NCBI RefSeq assembly: GCF_964194025.1
Contig: NC_134471.1
Coordinates: 66,588,001 to 66,652,000, forward strand
DNA: 64,000 bases
Origin: Convolutriloba macropyga
Lineage: Eukaryota
Direction: 5' to 3'
Shown here in pieces: positions 1 to 14,200 of the stretch; the first letter of the stretch is position 1; every line of letters begins with the position of its first letter. A model generated the notes under the pieces. That model was not told the origin of the DNA, did not search any database, and saw nothing but the letters and a program-made list of their open reading frames with translations. The translations under genes were made by a program, and so were the position numbers.

Positions 1-9
1 TTCTAAAAT

Positions 10-290
10 AAAGAAATTTTATCGGGTCAACGAATTTTTTAAAGTAAACCGAAATGATATCCCAGAATACCAGTATTATTTAGGTTGCAAAAGTATGGTC
101 TGCCTGACGTTCCTGGGAAAAAATTCATTTTTCACTCGCAAATATCAACTTAGTCGCTTATATTTTCAAAAACATAGAAATTGTATCGGGTCAAGGAGTT
201 GTTTAAAGTAAACAAAACTGTTATCCTAGACTACCAGTAGTATGTAGGTTGGAAAAAATCAGAATCGTCTCCCTAACGTTCCTTTGGAAA
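10..290. repeat. Diverged tandem duplication of about 165 bp
   Basis: aaatt(t/g)tatcgggtcaa...taaagtaaac...taccagta...acgttcct occurs at about 14 and again at about 178. Confidence 0.6.
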
Positions 291-599
291 AAAGATCGAA
301 GGTCGTATTTCATTCGGAAACATCAGTAATTCAGCTATATTACATAATTTTTTGTTTTGTTTTGTTTGGTTTTAATTGGGGAGAGTCTTTGGCGCGGATT
401 TTTACTGACTACTCTGACTCAATTCTCCTATAGCTGTTTGTTTGTAACTCCGCCCTAGCCGGTCACCATTCCGGATGAGAAAGGATGAGGAAAACACCAC
501 TAGAAAATACAGAAAAATCTCAGAAATTGGTTTTTTCAATCAACTTGAGATATTATTCCAACATTATATTATTATTACCATACTATCATCGCGAAATCT

Positions 600-1560
600 T
601 GCGGTCAAAAGACCATCCCCAGACTGAATCTGGTCATACGACTGTGTGCTCGGAAAGGGGCCTATGATCAGACGATTACCATCCGGAACAGACCTCTGAC
701 CATACCATCCCCAGAACGAAGTGACTTCTGATCTTACTGAAATGGGCTCAAAAGTGACCCCTGATCAGACTGTCCCAGACAGAAATGACCTCTGATCACA
801 CTCAGCTTGAAATGCGCTTGAAATGCGTTTTATCTGCCTACCTGACATGCGCTTGAAATAGTCTGATCAGCTAACGGTTTTCACTATGACCGAATTTCTT
901 TAATTTTGCTATAATACATTCATTTCATTAAAAAAATGATGTTTTCGGTATTAAATTAATCTAATGAAAAGACCATATTAAAATATAATATACTATAATA
1001 TTGATAATGAAAAGAAAAGCCAACTGCTGAGAAAAATTTTATTTAGCCTTAGTGCATATTTCGGTCTCAATGGTTGAACGTGGACAGCTTTCCATAAAAA
1101 ACGTCGTATTCTACAGTTAATCAAAATTTCCTCTTAAGGGACCTGTATTTTCTATCAGCTACACCGCTTTGGTTCTGATCAAAGCCATCAGATTCTAGAT
1201 GTGCCTCTGATCAAAATGCTGGTTTTTATTGCCTTTTGGCAGAGCCAACATCTCTCGGTAAAAAAACCAAAAATCAAAAGAAAAAATATGATCAGACCCA
1301 ATTGCACTCAAAATTTTCTCTGATCAGACTAATGTACGCTTGAATCCGCCTCTGATCAGACCAACTCAGAAGGAAATGACCTCTGATCAGACCATTCCCA
1401 TCCGGAAGTGACTTCTGATCAGACCATACCTAGACCGAAGTGACCTGTGATTATACTTAAGTGCGCTCGATCCAAATCCTAGACCCTGTAATTTTGGTCT
1501 GGGAACACACCGTGTGCGTTGGACTTGGTCTGATCAGAGGTCACTTCTGGATGGGTGGGT
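600..1560. mobile_element. Non-autonomous DNA transposon with tctgatcaga subterminal repeats; same family as 30507-31535, opposite orientation
   Basis: Many copies of gtgac(c/t)tctgatcagac cluster at both ends (610-870, 1170-1550). Boundaries are approximate. Confidence 0.6.
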
Positions 1561-1810
1561 AACATGTGATTACTCAAGTTTTATCTGCCTACGTGAGACT
1601 TTGAAATTTTGAAAAATTACTGAGACTTATGAGTTGCAACTATGATAACTTTAGAAATTAAGTGCCCGCCATATAAAGTCATCAATTTCTTCAAGTTTGC
1701 AAATTATTCTGATTTAAACACTAAGGTTAAATATCCACATGCTTTCAAATAAGAATAAAATAAGAATTTCTCTATAGCACCGTACCCAAAAGTTGTACTT
1801 TTTCGATAGT

Positions 1811-1995
1811 TCAAGTCTGACCTGCTGAAAATTGCTCTTGATTTCCATTCTCTGGTTGTTGTTCACCGATTTCGTTCACTTTGACAGTGACAGTGACGCA
1901 TTTCCCGTGTTCTGCCTTCAGTGCCTGAGAAGTGCCCTCGAAAAACTGGGATCCCTTAGTCAGTATACAGAATGTGTCAGCTGAGCTCTCCCATT
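1811..1995 (-). CDS. ABCA exon 5 (end of NBD2, start of C-terminal regulatory region)
   Basis: Acceptor gatttttcag|AA. Encodes EWESSADTFCILTKGSQFFEGTSQALKAEHGKCVTVTVKV. Ends at TGA 1813-1811 or at a possible donor G|gtcaga at 1821. Confidence 0.8.
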
Positions 1996-2214
1996 CTGAA
2001 AAATCTGCAGAATCCACTGGCTCATTTATTAGATCTGTTCTGTTTCTGCCCACAAGTGATTTTAGTCGACACCCACTTAAAAATTATGAGTCTTTATGTA
2101 ATAGGTCACTATGTTAAGATACAGCACGAGAGCCTGCTTACCCGTACAGGTCGATGGTAAAGCTAAATAGCAACCAAAAAGTATTTAACCAGTGTAAAGA
2201 CTCTTTTTTTGGTT

Positions 2215-2245
<31 letters not shown>

Positions 2246-5200
2246 GGGCAATACTCGATTCATATCCGAATTCTTGGTGTAGACTTTGTGGAAGAAGGAA
2301 GAAACCTATTGAAGCTATAAAATATAAGCTCTCAACTTTTTGGAGCTGAAATTATGTATGATTTGTGCTGACCACCAATGAAAACTATACTATGCAGCGG
2401 AAAAATCCAGTCTAATTATCCAGTGAACGTGTTGTCAAACAATGAATTTATGTCAGAGTTGCGTTGAAAATTCACCACTTTAAGCAATAGGTTGTATTAC
2501 TGTTTCTTTTTTTGTTTTTTTCAGTGAGTCTTACCTTTTTGTTCCATGTTTTTTTGTATTGGACCAGACCTAATCATTTTATATACAATCGAAATAATTA
2601 AATAATTACAATGGCTGGTTCATGTAATTAAATTTTTTGGACAGCAAAAATAAAGGCTGTAGGTACGTCGCAAAACTTAACAATCGAAACGAAAGCTGCA
2701 ATTAGCCTAAATGATATCTGGCCGAGTTTTTATATTTTACTTCAAAACAAATTCATATCATTACGCCGCAGAGGTATACCCAAATCGGCACGGGCAGATA
2801 TGCCCGATGCGTGTATCTCGTGTTCGTTTTTACCATGTTATACATTGAAGGTGGAACAATATTGCAGAAAATAGCTACTTTAGCAGAAACTGGCAAAATG
2901 GAAGGGAAATTAGCCCGTGTTCGCAAAAGTGTCCTAATCCTAGCCGCGAAATACAAGCACAAATTTTATAACCTATTTTTCGCACGGCTTGCATCACGCA
3001 TCAGCTCCTCTTATGTATCAATTTTTGCAAGCAATGTAGCTCGATTTTGCATATAATCAGCAATTAAGCCTTATTTAATTACTATTTAATTAATTAAGCC
3101 TAACTTAATACTACTAGTAGTACTTTAATACTACTTTATTACTACTTATAGTATTTTATGGCTACTTAATACTTCTTATTAGTACTAATTATTACTACTT
3201 ATTAAAATAGACCAGTCCCACATTGATATACAAAGCCTTTGATGTGCGAGGGATTTTTCAGAAAAAAATCAGTTTTTGTGGTTGCATGTATATAAATCAC
3301 TTTAAAGCTTTGAAAGCTTCAATTAAATCTATTAAAGTGCTTTTTACAAAGTATTAAACCACTTTTCCATGCTCAAAATGCGCGCCTTTAATTAGTCGCT
3401 GAGATAGTTTTAATGCGAATAATAGATACCTAAATTGAGCGGAAACGTGCTACAAGACTTGTAACCTACTTTTCGTTCCGAATGTTCTTTTATTTCGCAA
3501 AAATGGCGGAACCCCTTTTGCGAAAAATAAGATACAAAGGATGTCTCCTAATTTCTTTCATTGTATGTATCTGATTCTCGAGCCAATTTTACTAAGGTGG
3601 AAATTTTGGGGTAAACCTCTGCGTCATAATGAAGCTAAAGTTCCTTGGAAAAAATTTTATTGTTAAGTGCTAGATTAAAACTTGTATTCTTAATACTTTA
3701 TGACTGTAGAATTTTGTATTTTTGTCGGTAGAAGGCTTCTGGCTGGGGACTCGCTAGTGCGCAAAACTCTATCAAAGTTCCGACAGATTTGTTTGGTTCC
3801 TCTTGTTGTTGAGCCTCACTCCGTAAAATTGAATTAATTTTCAAAAATTGTGAAATCAGCAACCAATAAAGATAAACCCAGAAACAGTAATAGGATAACT
3901 TCAACAATGAAAAAGTAATTTTTCTATCAAAACTAACCACACACTATTTGATCCACAATAAATTAAACCAGTTAAACAAATCTATGTACAACTAACCAAA
4001 ACTCATTCAATTGACTTCCTAACCCCAATAATGATACTAACTTCTGCCTCTCTGTAGCTCTCCTACTGGCCAGAAACTTATAATTTTTGCAACAAATGAT
4101 TTTGGTCACCTCTGCAGTTACAATCAGTGCGACCAGTCAACTATAGTTCACAAAGAACTCACCAAAATTAATTAAATTTGGTTTCACTGAGAACCATCTG
4201 CTCCACTTGAGCGTTCTCTCTCCTGCTTGTTCTCGCGTCCGTTCGCGTTTGTCTGACAAATGATGATTTTTCTTATGCCAAAGGTTACTCAACCTTATCT
4301 GATTTCATCCGCGATAAGTAACGTATCATTTTATTTCGAACAGTTTGAACTAGGGTATAATGGCATTGGTTGGCGTAGAAGGTCAGTCAAAAGATGCAAC
4401 TTACCGCATGTAAGAATCTGCTCAAGATTACCGGAGTTGCGAGGTTTAATTTGTTTGCTAATTTTAGGAATTATCTAAAAATGATATGCCCAACATTGTT
4501 TCATGCTCAACAATACTGAATCAATTAAATGCTTGCTCTTTTACATTAGTTCCCAATTCTCGATGTTTGTGAATTATCCTACGGCTGACTTTGCCTCACA
4601 TTATGATGCAGCAATGTCTGTTTTAAAATAACTTTAAACAATTTTTTTTACGATTGCGATGATTTAAAGAAATGGACGAGGAAAACTCAATTATTCCTAC
4701 TCCTTTTCCGTGTACGGTATTTGTCACTGTTAATACATTAACACTGAATGATACAAAAATTGAATGAAATTGGGAAACAAAAGGGAAATTAAATAGATTT
4801 GGTTTCCTAACCAGACAGTTGTTTTTTTAATGACATTTAAAATTTTTCAAGGAGTCACCAGTTAAAAATTGAGGCCAGTTAGCCTCGTGGAAGCTCAGTT
4901 ATGAAGATTTGAGTGTGAGGGGTCACTAAAATTTAGACATTTGATTTTGTTGCAAACTATCCTTGGGTTCCTCTCTGCGCTTCGGAAAGAGCTTAGCCAT
5001 GGAAGGAGTTCTAATGAATAATTTGTGAACAAATCTCAATTAATAAACTTAGTTCGTAACTCATTTTTTCGACTGAAATCCCTCTTCAAACTTTTTGACC
5101 TTTTGATTTTTCAAATACTTTTGTTGCTTCTTTTTCTTGACATTTTCGATTTATTCCACTGTAATTTTATCAAAATTATAGTAATGTTATTTTTTCCTAA

Positions 5201-8200
5201 CACAAGTTTAAATTAGACACTTCGACTTTAAAAATTTTCACCTGATATACTTAACTGACCAAAATAATTCGAAAAAAAGAACTCCAACAATTATTTGCAT
5301 TATCTCCTAAATTTTACCCTGGATTTCTTTTGCAAAAACCAAATTAACTCTCGAAAAATCATTCCAATGGTTGCCCTGAATGCTTGCCTGCCAATTTTTT
5401 GATCTAAAACTCTACTTCTATAATAACAAACAACCAAAATTTCCTTTCAGTTTCTTTTAATTTCAATTCTTTATGCAGTCAACAGCCTCAAGGATTTATT
5501 TGATACTGTCGTGGCGCCTAGCATGTCTGGTAATTCTGCATAAAATTCAAAACCCTTGCAGAATTATATCTTTAAAAAATTAATTTTTAATTATAAAAAT
5601 ATATTTTGCGACCTTTCGCAAAAGAAAAATAATTGGTAAATCTGATTTCTTTTCCCATACAGTCTGCTTCAATTTTCCCTGCCATATGCTTGGCAAAAAA
5701 GTTTCCTTCACTTTTAGCTTGTTTCCTCTTCTTGTTGTTGGTTATCATCAGCTCGCAAACAAACAATTTTCTAACTAATTCCTTGGAGAAATACTTCGAA
5801 GCAGAATTTAAGTTTTTCCTTTCTCTTTTCTTCCTCTGTTTTTTGCTAGATGAACCATTTTACAATTCCTGGAAACTAAAATAATCCTATCAACGTGTGG
5901 TTATTTACAAGGAACACATAGTCATTATTTTTCATACTAACTGGGCATTTAGTACTTCAATTTAAGTGTTTTTGGGAAGAATTCCGAACAAGAATCACTG
6001 GTTTTCTCTAAGTCTCTTCTTCTTTTTTCTGCTATTATCAAAGTGCATTAATTGCATACAATAACCTCTGTACCTCATTCTTTGTTTTTCTGACAATTTT
6101 ATGACTTTGCAAAGCAAGTTCCGCTTTTTGGTTTTTTTAATATATTAATTGGATTTCACTCCAACAAGTTGGTTCTGATTATTCACTCAGCAAATATACT
6201 CTAGGTTAGATCCCAAATTTTACAAACTAATTAGTCTTTCAAAAGGTTCAATGTAAGTTTCAACTTGCTTTTATTAGCCAATTCTACCATCACTAAAGCA
6301 AGTGTTTATTTTAAGGATTTTTTTTACAAATTATGTTTTCTCATTTTCTGCCAATTTTCTCTGCTGTTAACAGCTCTTGTGGAAAGAAGTGACAATTTCG
6401 GGTAAGAATACTGGGGAAAAGTGCAGATTGTGCAGCATTGATTAGATGGGAGAAAACAGCTCCTTCCTGTTCTGAAATTTTTTTGATTTTATTCCAGGAT
6501 CCTGTTTGATTTCACACTCTCCATACTCGATTTCTTAGTAACATCCCTTTATGAAACCAAAAAAATCATACATGATGCCTGCAAGTTTTCATATATGACC
6601 CCAGTATAAGGTTAAAAAAATCATCGATAAACCATTCCCCGGGCCGAAGAATTTGGCCGAAACTATGTAAGATCAGCGGCAACTAGCGTTGACAAGTTGG
6701 AAAATACACCGCAAATTTCTTACATAATTTTGCGTTGATTGCGTTGAATTTAAAGACAAAAACCAACGCAAAGATATGTAAGGAATGGTGATGAATTTTC
6801 CAACTTGTCAACGCTAGTTGCCGCTGATCTTACATATTTAACGTAGAATTTAGCGTAGATCTTACATAACTAGCGTTGAATTTAGCGTAGATCTTACATA
6901 ATTAGCGCTGAAATTAGCGTAGATCTTACATATTTTTGCGTTGAATTTAGCGTTGATCTTACAAAAAATCAAAGCGTTCACTTGAACTATTAACCTCCAA
7001 TTGCGTATGGGACTCGAACTACTGACCTCCAACTGCGTATGGGACTCGAACTACCATTGTGCCACAATACTTTGGTTTCCTTGAGAGCCGCAATACTTAT
7101 AAAGCGTAGATCTTACATATTCAGCGTTGAATTTAGCGTAGATCTTACACGTTTCGCGTTGAATTTAGCCGAGATCTTACATAAATTTAACGTATTCAAC
7201 GCATTTACCATGTGAGGCGTACTGGGAAAAATTTAATTTTTTTTAACGTTTGGAAAAAAATTTCAATTCCTAAAATGGTCTCAAATGGTTTTTGCACCGC
7301 AAGAGAGCACTCAAAGATTATTTTTTGCTGACTTCATTTTTCTCACTTCTGCAGTATAGGGGCCGAAACAGTAAAAAAAATCGAAAAATTTGAAATGGTA
7401 AAATGGTCTGAATTGGATTTTGTGACCTCATGTTTTTCACCTTTGCAATATAGGGTTCGAAACAGTGAAAAAAAATGATTTTACAAATAAAAAAAACGCA
7501 ATTTTGCGATGAACTCTTGCGTAGATCTTACATATTTAGCGTTGAATTTTAGCGTAGATCTTACATAAACTCAACCCATAATTCAACGCATTCAACGCCA
7601 ATCTTACATGTTTTGCGTTGAATTTTGGCGTAGATGTTACATACTTAGCGTTGAATTTTAGCGTAGATCTTATACAATTTCAACGCAAAATTTGTAAGAT
7701 TGGCGTTTAATGCGTTGAATTTGTGTAAGATCTACGCTAAAATTCAACGCGAAATATGTAACATCTATGCCAAAATTAAACGCAAAACATGTAAGATTGG
7801 CGTTGAATGCGTTGAATTATGCGTTGATTTTATGTAAGATCTACGCAAATTTCAACGCTAAATATGTAAGATCTACGATAAAATTCAACGCTAATTATGT
7901 AAGATCTACGCAAAAAAATCAACGCAAAATATGTAAGATTGGCGTTGAATGCGTTGAATTTATGTAAGATCCACGCTAAATTCAACGCAAAATATGTAAG
8001 ATATACGCTAAAATTCAACGATAAACATGTAAGATCTACGCCAAAATTCAACGCAAAATTATGTAAGATTGGCGTTGAATGCGTTGAATTTATGTAAGAT
8101 ATACGCTCAAGCGTAGATCTTACATAAATTTAACGCATTCAACGCCAATCTTACTAAATTTTGCGTTTTTTAGCGTTGACACCTGGGCCCGGGTCATGAA

Positions 8201-11200
8201 GCGCAAGAATCAATGCTGAAGAAATGTGTATGGTCCTTGTATGAGATCAAAGAGCTCATATATGTTTCTAGTCTGAAGTTCAAGAAGGCTACACGATCGG
8301 TGACCCGGGCTAATATTAGCCTACCTTCGATCTTGCGAGAACTGATGATGATTGTTGATCCCCGTTGTTTGGCAGCCTTGATCAGTTTGTCAAACTTGTC
8401 TCGCGTCGCTGGATCCATGCCTAAATAAAAACTACCTGTTGAGTGTTCGAGAGGAGATTAGTCACACCTGAATCGAGGTCTCAACGTACTGCAAGGCGAA
8501 GCCAATGAAATAAATCTCTTATGTTTGCAAAAAAAATATATTTGATGTAGTCTAGGGAGTTGTTTATAACCAATAGTCAAATCCACTCCTCGAATGATTT
8601 CAAAAATCTTTTGAGAATGCTTGATCAAAAAAGGTTATATCAAAACCAATTCCTGCATGTGAAGGTTTTGTTGTATACGTGGCAGCCGCAACACCACGGG
8701 AAAGCAACTGGATGTGCGAAAACGAGGTCTAACCATCCTTGGGTCGACTCCGAAAGCCTGTTCTTCTACCATATGAAATGTACAATGTATCACATTTCCC
8801 CCTGTCAAAATTATCAAAGATACAGTTATTTTATATCAGAAAAATAATAAACATGTACTGGTTAATATAAATAATAAAATATGTGTTTTGATTCAAATGT
8901 TTTAATCAGAGTCTGAATCCGTAGCACATTCGGCCTCTCTCACTGTCATAATTGTTTCTTCATAATTGGGAGAAACATAGTATTGTGTAGGATAGGGCAC
9001 ATCTGGTGAACATGTTCCTAACTGAATATTTGTTTCCGGACCTTCCGGATTTTGCTCAGTGGTTTCCTTAATCGTGGAGATAAAACTTTTGCTCTCAATC
9101 TATTTCTTTTTAAATAATCGACGTTTTTTCTGACGGTATGGGACTCTTTTCGCTGTGACAGTCGAAGGGCATGTTTGAGTCGAGTTCATTGATTCGTCGG
9201 ACTCAGTAACTGAGGGCGATGTGCGTTGCCTTTTGCTTGTTGATTTCTGGTTGGTGTTGGTTGTGGTCTGTTTTTTTTCGGTCTTTGAGAGGGCTGTGTA
9301 ATGATTGGCTCAATTTTATAGATGTATATTGAGTAGGTTTTTGTTGCGGCGCGGGTGCACATACATAAATTTTGGCATCATTGACATTCGTACTTGCAGC
9401 GCTCTCAGCACATTCGAATGGACAGCGGAAACGCAGATCGAATCATCCGTAAATCGGCGATGTTTTATTTTCTTGCCGCCCTCTATCTTTCTTCTGGCAT
9501 CTCGAGCGTGTTTTTGTATCAGATCCTCGATTGTTTTCACTGTGGGTGCCTTTGGCCTTCGGTTCACATACTCTTTGAGATCTGTTAGCCGTTCAGCTTC
9601 CATCCCGAATTTGGCCGAGTCCGATTTACGTAGAGTAACTTCACGTTCTGCCGGATCTTTAATTATCGATGTTTAACTGCCTGTTTCGACCACTGACGAT
9701 CCAGGAGCAAGAAAATCGTACAACGACTTTTAAGATTTTTTTTTGGAGATTTTTTTTGCGAGCTTTAGGAATAGGGAAGCCTCAGTCCAGGGTACAGGTA
9801 GTCCTATCTGTAGATGTTGTAAGACTCGTCATTCTTGTGCGGCTCATTTTTACGTCTTTTTAAAGCATCTTGAGTGAAACTGTTGGGTCTGTGCTCGAAT
9901 TCAAGGTCAATTCGGTTTGCCTACCAGAGGTCCCCAGGAGTGGGCTCGTCACATCGAACATTTTCTAAATCTAATTATTTAATTTAAATTGGTCAATATG
10001 TCAGAGTATTTGGGTTTGATTATGTAGTTATATCGCTAAGAGGAGAAATAGGTTTGCGTCCAAAAAGCTTCAAATGGGAAAGATTGATTGTCATTTGGCG
10101 ACATATTCGTCGTTGGTAGATTATCGAATTTATTGAAGCCTTTAAATGAAATTGAATTCGCTCCGCGGTTTTTTTGCACGCTAAACGGCTTTTAATTGTT
10201 TCAATTAGCCTCTCTACTAAACCAATTGCTCTTTGGTCGTGAATTGGAGCTTGAATGATCTGTATATTTTTTTGATTGCAAAAAGATTTACTTTGCTGAC
10301 CGATTTGACACTTAGCTTGATCTATTTTTATTGTGCGAGGTACGTCATGTTATAATACATAATCTTGAGGATACTTTGGAACATTCTGTCCGTTTGCTCT
10401 ATCGAGTACTCCGGCCGATAAAAATTTTGAAAAACGGTCTATACATGCAAGCAAATATACCTCTTGGTCTTTCTCGTTGTAAATAGAACCGCCAATAGGA
10501 CCAAAAATCGACTTGATTTTCTTCATAAGGAACTTTACAAAACTTTAAAGGTGCCCATTTGCTAGAAGGAATACTAGAATTTAAATTTTTACCAATTTTC
10601 ACACATGCGTTTCCCGTTGCCATTTTGGACAGCAAATCAAGATGTATATAAATATCCACCATGCGTGGATAGTTATGTCGGTCACGCCACAGCTTCCTGG
10701 ATGCGATGCCTGTATGGCTTCTATGTAGGCATCTTTCACCGATTTTGGTATTGCAAACTTCTCATCTACAAATACACTTCCGTTTGAGTTAGCCTCTCTA
10801 CTGGACCATTTGCTCTGTGGTCGTGAATTGGAGCTTCGATGAGCTGTATATTATTTTGATTGCAAAAAAATTTATTTTGCTGACCCATTTGACACTCAAA
10901 GTGATCTATTTTTAATGAGCGAGTCACCATGTTATAATACATAATCTTGAAGATACGTTAGGACACTCTGTCCGTTTGCTCTATCGAATACTTCGGCCGA
11001 TAGAACTTTTGAAAAACGGTCTAAAGATGAAAGCAAATTTATTTCTTGGTTTTTCTGGCTGTAAATGGAACCGCCAATCGGACCGAAAATCTATCTGATT
11101 TTTTTTATTAAGGAACCCTCCAAAACTTTAAAGGTGCCCATTTGCTAGAAGGAATAATAGACTTTAAATTTTCACCATTTTTCACACATGGGTTTCCCGT

Positions 11201-11226
11201 TGCCATTTTGGACAGCAAATCACGAC

Positions 11227-11273
<47 letters not shown>

Positions 11274-14200
11274 TGTCCACCATGCGTGGATAAATATGTC
11301 GGTCACGCCACAGCTTCCTGGATGCGATGCGTGTATGGCTTCTATGTAGGCATCTTTCATCGAGTTTGGTATTGCATTCTTCTCATCTACACAGACACAT
11401 CCGTTTTTCAAATGAAGAACTTTATAGTGACTGTTGTTATAGGGCGAGATTTGTCAACAGCTTTCCTCGTTATCAGAGTTAATACAGTCGCAGATTTCCT
11501 TCAATATGGCATCTTTTGTAGTCAAAGTGGCCATCATGGTACAAGAAAAGATCTTAGAGAGTGCGAAATGGAAGGATTCCGTGTAGAAGTCAGCTGTGTG
11601 TGTAGGTGTTTTCATGACGGTTGTTGTATCGGTGCAAGGTGTGAAGGTTTTTGTAGCTGTTTGTGGGGCGTTCGAAGGCCTGCATCGCCAGCGAATATAA
11701 CCTTTCATTATGTTGCTTGGCGAATATTGTGGAGCGTTTTGTTGTCGGTGTCTGACATCATGTGAACGGATTGATATGTTTTGGCAATCTTTTAAAAATT
11801 AGTATTAGATGGAGGCAACTGATTTGGAGAGCTATTAGAGGCAAAAATCAGGTTTGGAATGTTTGTTGTGTTGGTGAGGGTTGTAGAATTAGATTGATTG
11901 GAACCTAATTAGCTATTTATGATGTCATTATTGCTGTTTTTGAAATATTCGTGCTTTTGCGCCGCGAATATATCCCATATTTTGTCGCTGGTATTTAAAT
12001 TAATTGTGTTTGATTTACATGCTTCTTTTCGCTCCAAGAACCCTGTATAACTTTGGGTGTTTACATGAAAGCGTTTCGCGCTAATTTGGTTACGTCTAAT
12101 TTAGCAACAATGAATTGCTCATCATAAGTTGATTTGTTAGCGGCTTCTTATTGCGGATCGCGCGATATATATTCCACCAAACCCATTTTCGAGCTGGGAA
12201 AGCGACTATTTTATGAGACCACTATTATATAAGACGATATTTTGAGACGACTATTATTTGACTTGTTTGCTCTCTCTCTTCACGCATGATAAAAAGTAAA
12301 GCTCGATGATCACTAATAACGTTACAAGATGGACCGTAATGATTATATTTAAAGTGGTCTATTGACCAAACTACGCCTACTAGCTCAAGTTCGGTAATAA
12401 TATAGTTTTCTTCAACTTTGATGAGGATACGGGAGGCAAATGCGACAGTTTGACAGCCATCATGGGTGCGTTGTTCTAAAGCGGATCCGAGACCTTTTCT
12501 TGAGGCGTCACTTTTTGTACGTGTCTCTAGATTTGGGTTAAAGTTTTTACTTTCGTTAGATTCAGCTATTTTTGCTTTAGTTTGATTGAAATGCTTCCCA
12601 TCTTCGTCGGTACAGAATAACTTTGAGTTCTTCTTTATTAATGGTCGTAGGGGGTGGCAAAGCAAAAAAAAATATGGTATAAATTTTCCCAGATGATGAA
12701 CCCATAAATGATCTCAACTTTTTTTTATTTGAAGGTGAATTGAGATGTTGAATTGTAGCTGTTTTTCTGCTAATGGTGTTGTTCGATTGGGTGAATTGGT
12801 TGCCGAGCAATTCAATTTGTGTTTTTTCTTAAATTGATCCTTAGTTTCTCGGCATCCATTTTTCTAAGACACTTTTGTACAAATTGTAGGTGATCTTCGA
12901 TTTTTCCTCTGCGTTTAATTAGGATAGGGACAAAAAACGAGAAAGTATTGATGAGTCCTGTTAAAATGCAGTCAAAAGTCCTTTTGAAATTCCGCTAGCA
13001 TATCTGCTAAGCTATGAAATTCAGGTCTGAAACGTTATGAGCCAGTCATATCACCGCTTAGTATATTAGAGTTACAATGGGGTGCCGTATCAGCGTGTAC
13101 ATTTAGCTGGCTATAAGCGTATTGTAAATCCAGCGTAGTAAAATACGCTCTCTCTTTCGGCGGTTTCGTTACCCTCTTGATGCTAGGCACGCGAAATTTC
13201 TTTGGGTTTCGTTGAATTCTGCTTGCTTTCATCCAGTTTTTTACATTTTGACAGTACTATTCATTTTGACTTGATTTCGTGTGATATTCGTAAAATCATC
13301 AACATAGCCATAACCGTAGGTGGTTGGGGGTAAAGTCTCGGACAAATCATTGACAAAGATAAGAAAAAACCGAGATCCGGAGACGGAGATCTGAGACACT
13401 TGACTGATAACTTCGCTTGGCGTGGAGAAGCCTCCATTTACCTTAACGATTTGTTGTCTTTCGCTTAATTATGAGGCTACCAATCTCAGGAGTTTTCCAC
13501 CAATGCCCCAAGATTTCGGTCTATTTGTCAGCGTGTCCTGTGGTACCAAGTCGAAAGCACTTGCGATGTCGAGTTACAAAAACACTAGTTTTTTTCGGTT
13601 CATCATTAATGTAAGAGTATATCTTGTCCAGGAACAGTAGTAATTGATTTTAGCAGAAACCAAATAGCTTTTTTGGCTTGATTCATTGGCCTGTAATAAG
13701 ACACATCATTCTTGTTGCCTTCTTTGACAATTGGCGTTACTTGACTTATTTTCAATTCTATAGTCTACTTGACTTATTCAAGAACGATGGAAGCAGTGGT
13801 GATAGAGATTTTCCCAGCAGTTTATGATATTTCTGTAACATGAGGTTTCCAATTTTGTCATTGCCAGTAGATATTGGATTATGTAGATATTGTAGTGTCC
13901 AGTGCACTAAGTAGGTTACTGATTTCTGTTTCCTGGCAAAGGATGGAGTTTAAGTCTCCTTGGTCGTCAGATTATTTGATTTGATCTAGCTATCCAAAAA
14001 CACTTACAAAGCATTCATCAAACAATTCAGATTTCGAACCTTTTTCTGTTGTTTTAGTGTCTTTAAATTTTATAAGTTGATGAATTGTGGAACTTTTGCT
14101 GATACACTTCATGTATTTTTGAGCTCTGCACAATATTCTTCACTAAAAGACCGCTTTGTCTCAATCGGTGGGATCGGGTCCTCTTTAATGCTTTTTTCAT

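Larger units (their letters stand above)
8929..13200 (-). mobile_element. Degenerate Ty3/Gypsy LTR retrotransposon (RT, RNase H, integrase zinc finger, 3' region)
   Basis: RT YFTTLDLQYAYSQL; LRSFMGS; RNase H SDASRKGLGSALEQ..VAFASR..ELELVGVVWSIDHFKY..ISDHRAL; integrase IHASHPG..WW..C..C..GKNL. Domain order is RT-RH-IN, with many frameshifts and stops. Confidence 0.85.

Noticed and set aside
440-530. Further ABCA exon after the ttttctag acceptor-like site
   Set aside because: It is a reverse copy of the dispersed repeat at 15121-15205 and has no ABCA similarity.
8310-8324. 15-nt GT...AG micro-intron giving ARVTDRVAFL
   Set aside because: It is too short for a typical animal intron and the motif spacing is wrong. 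Splicing to 1995 gives an ungapped match to the ABCA consensus.
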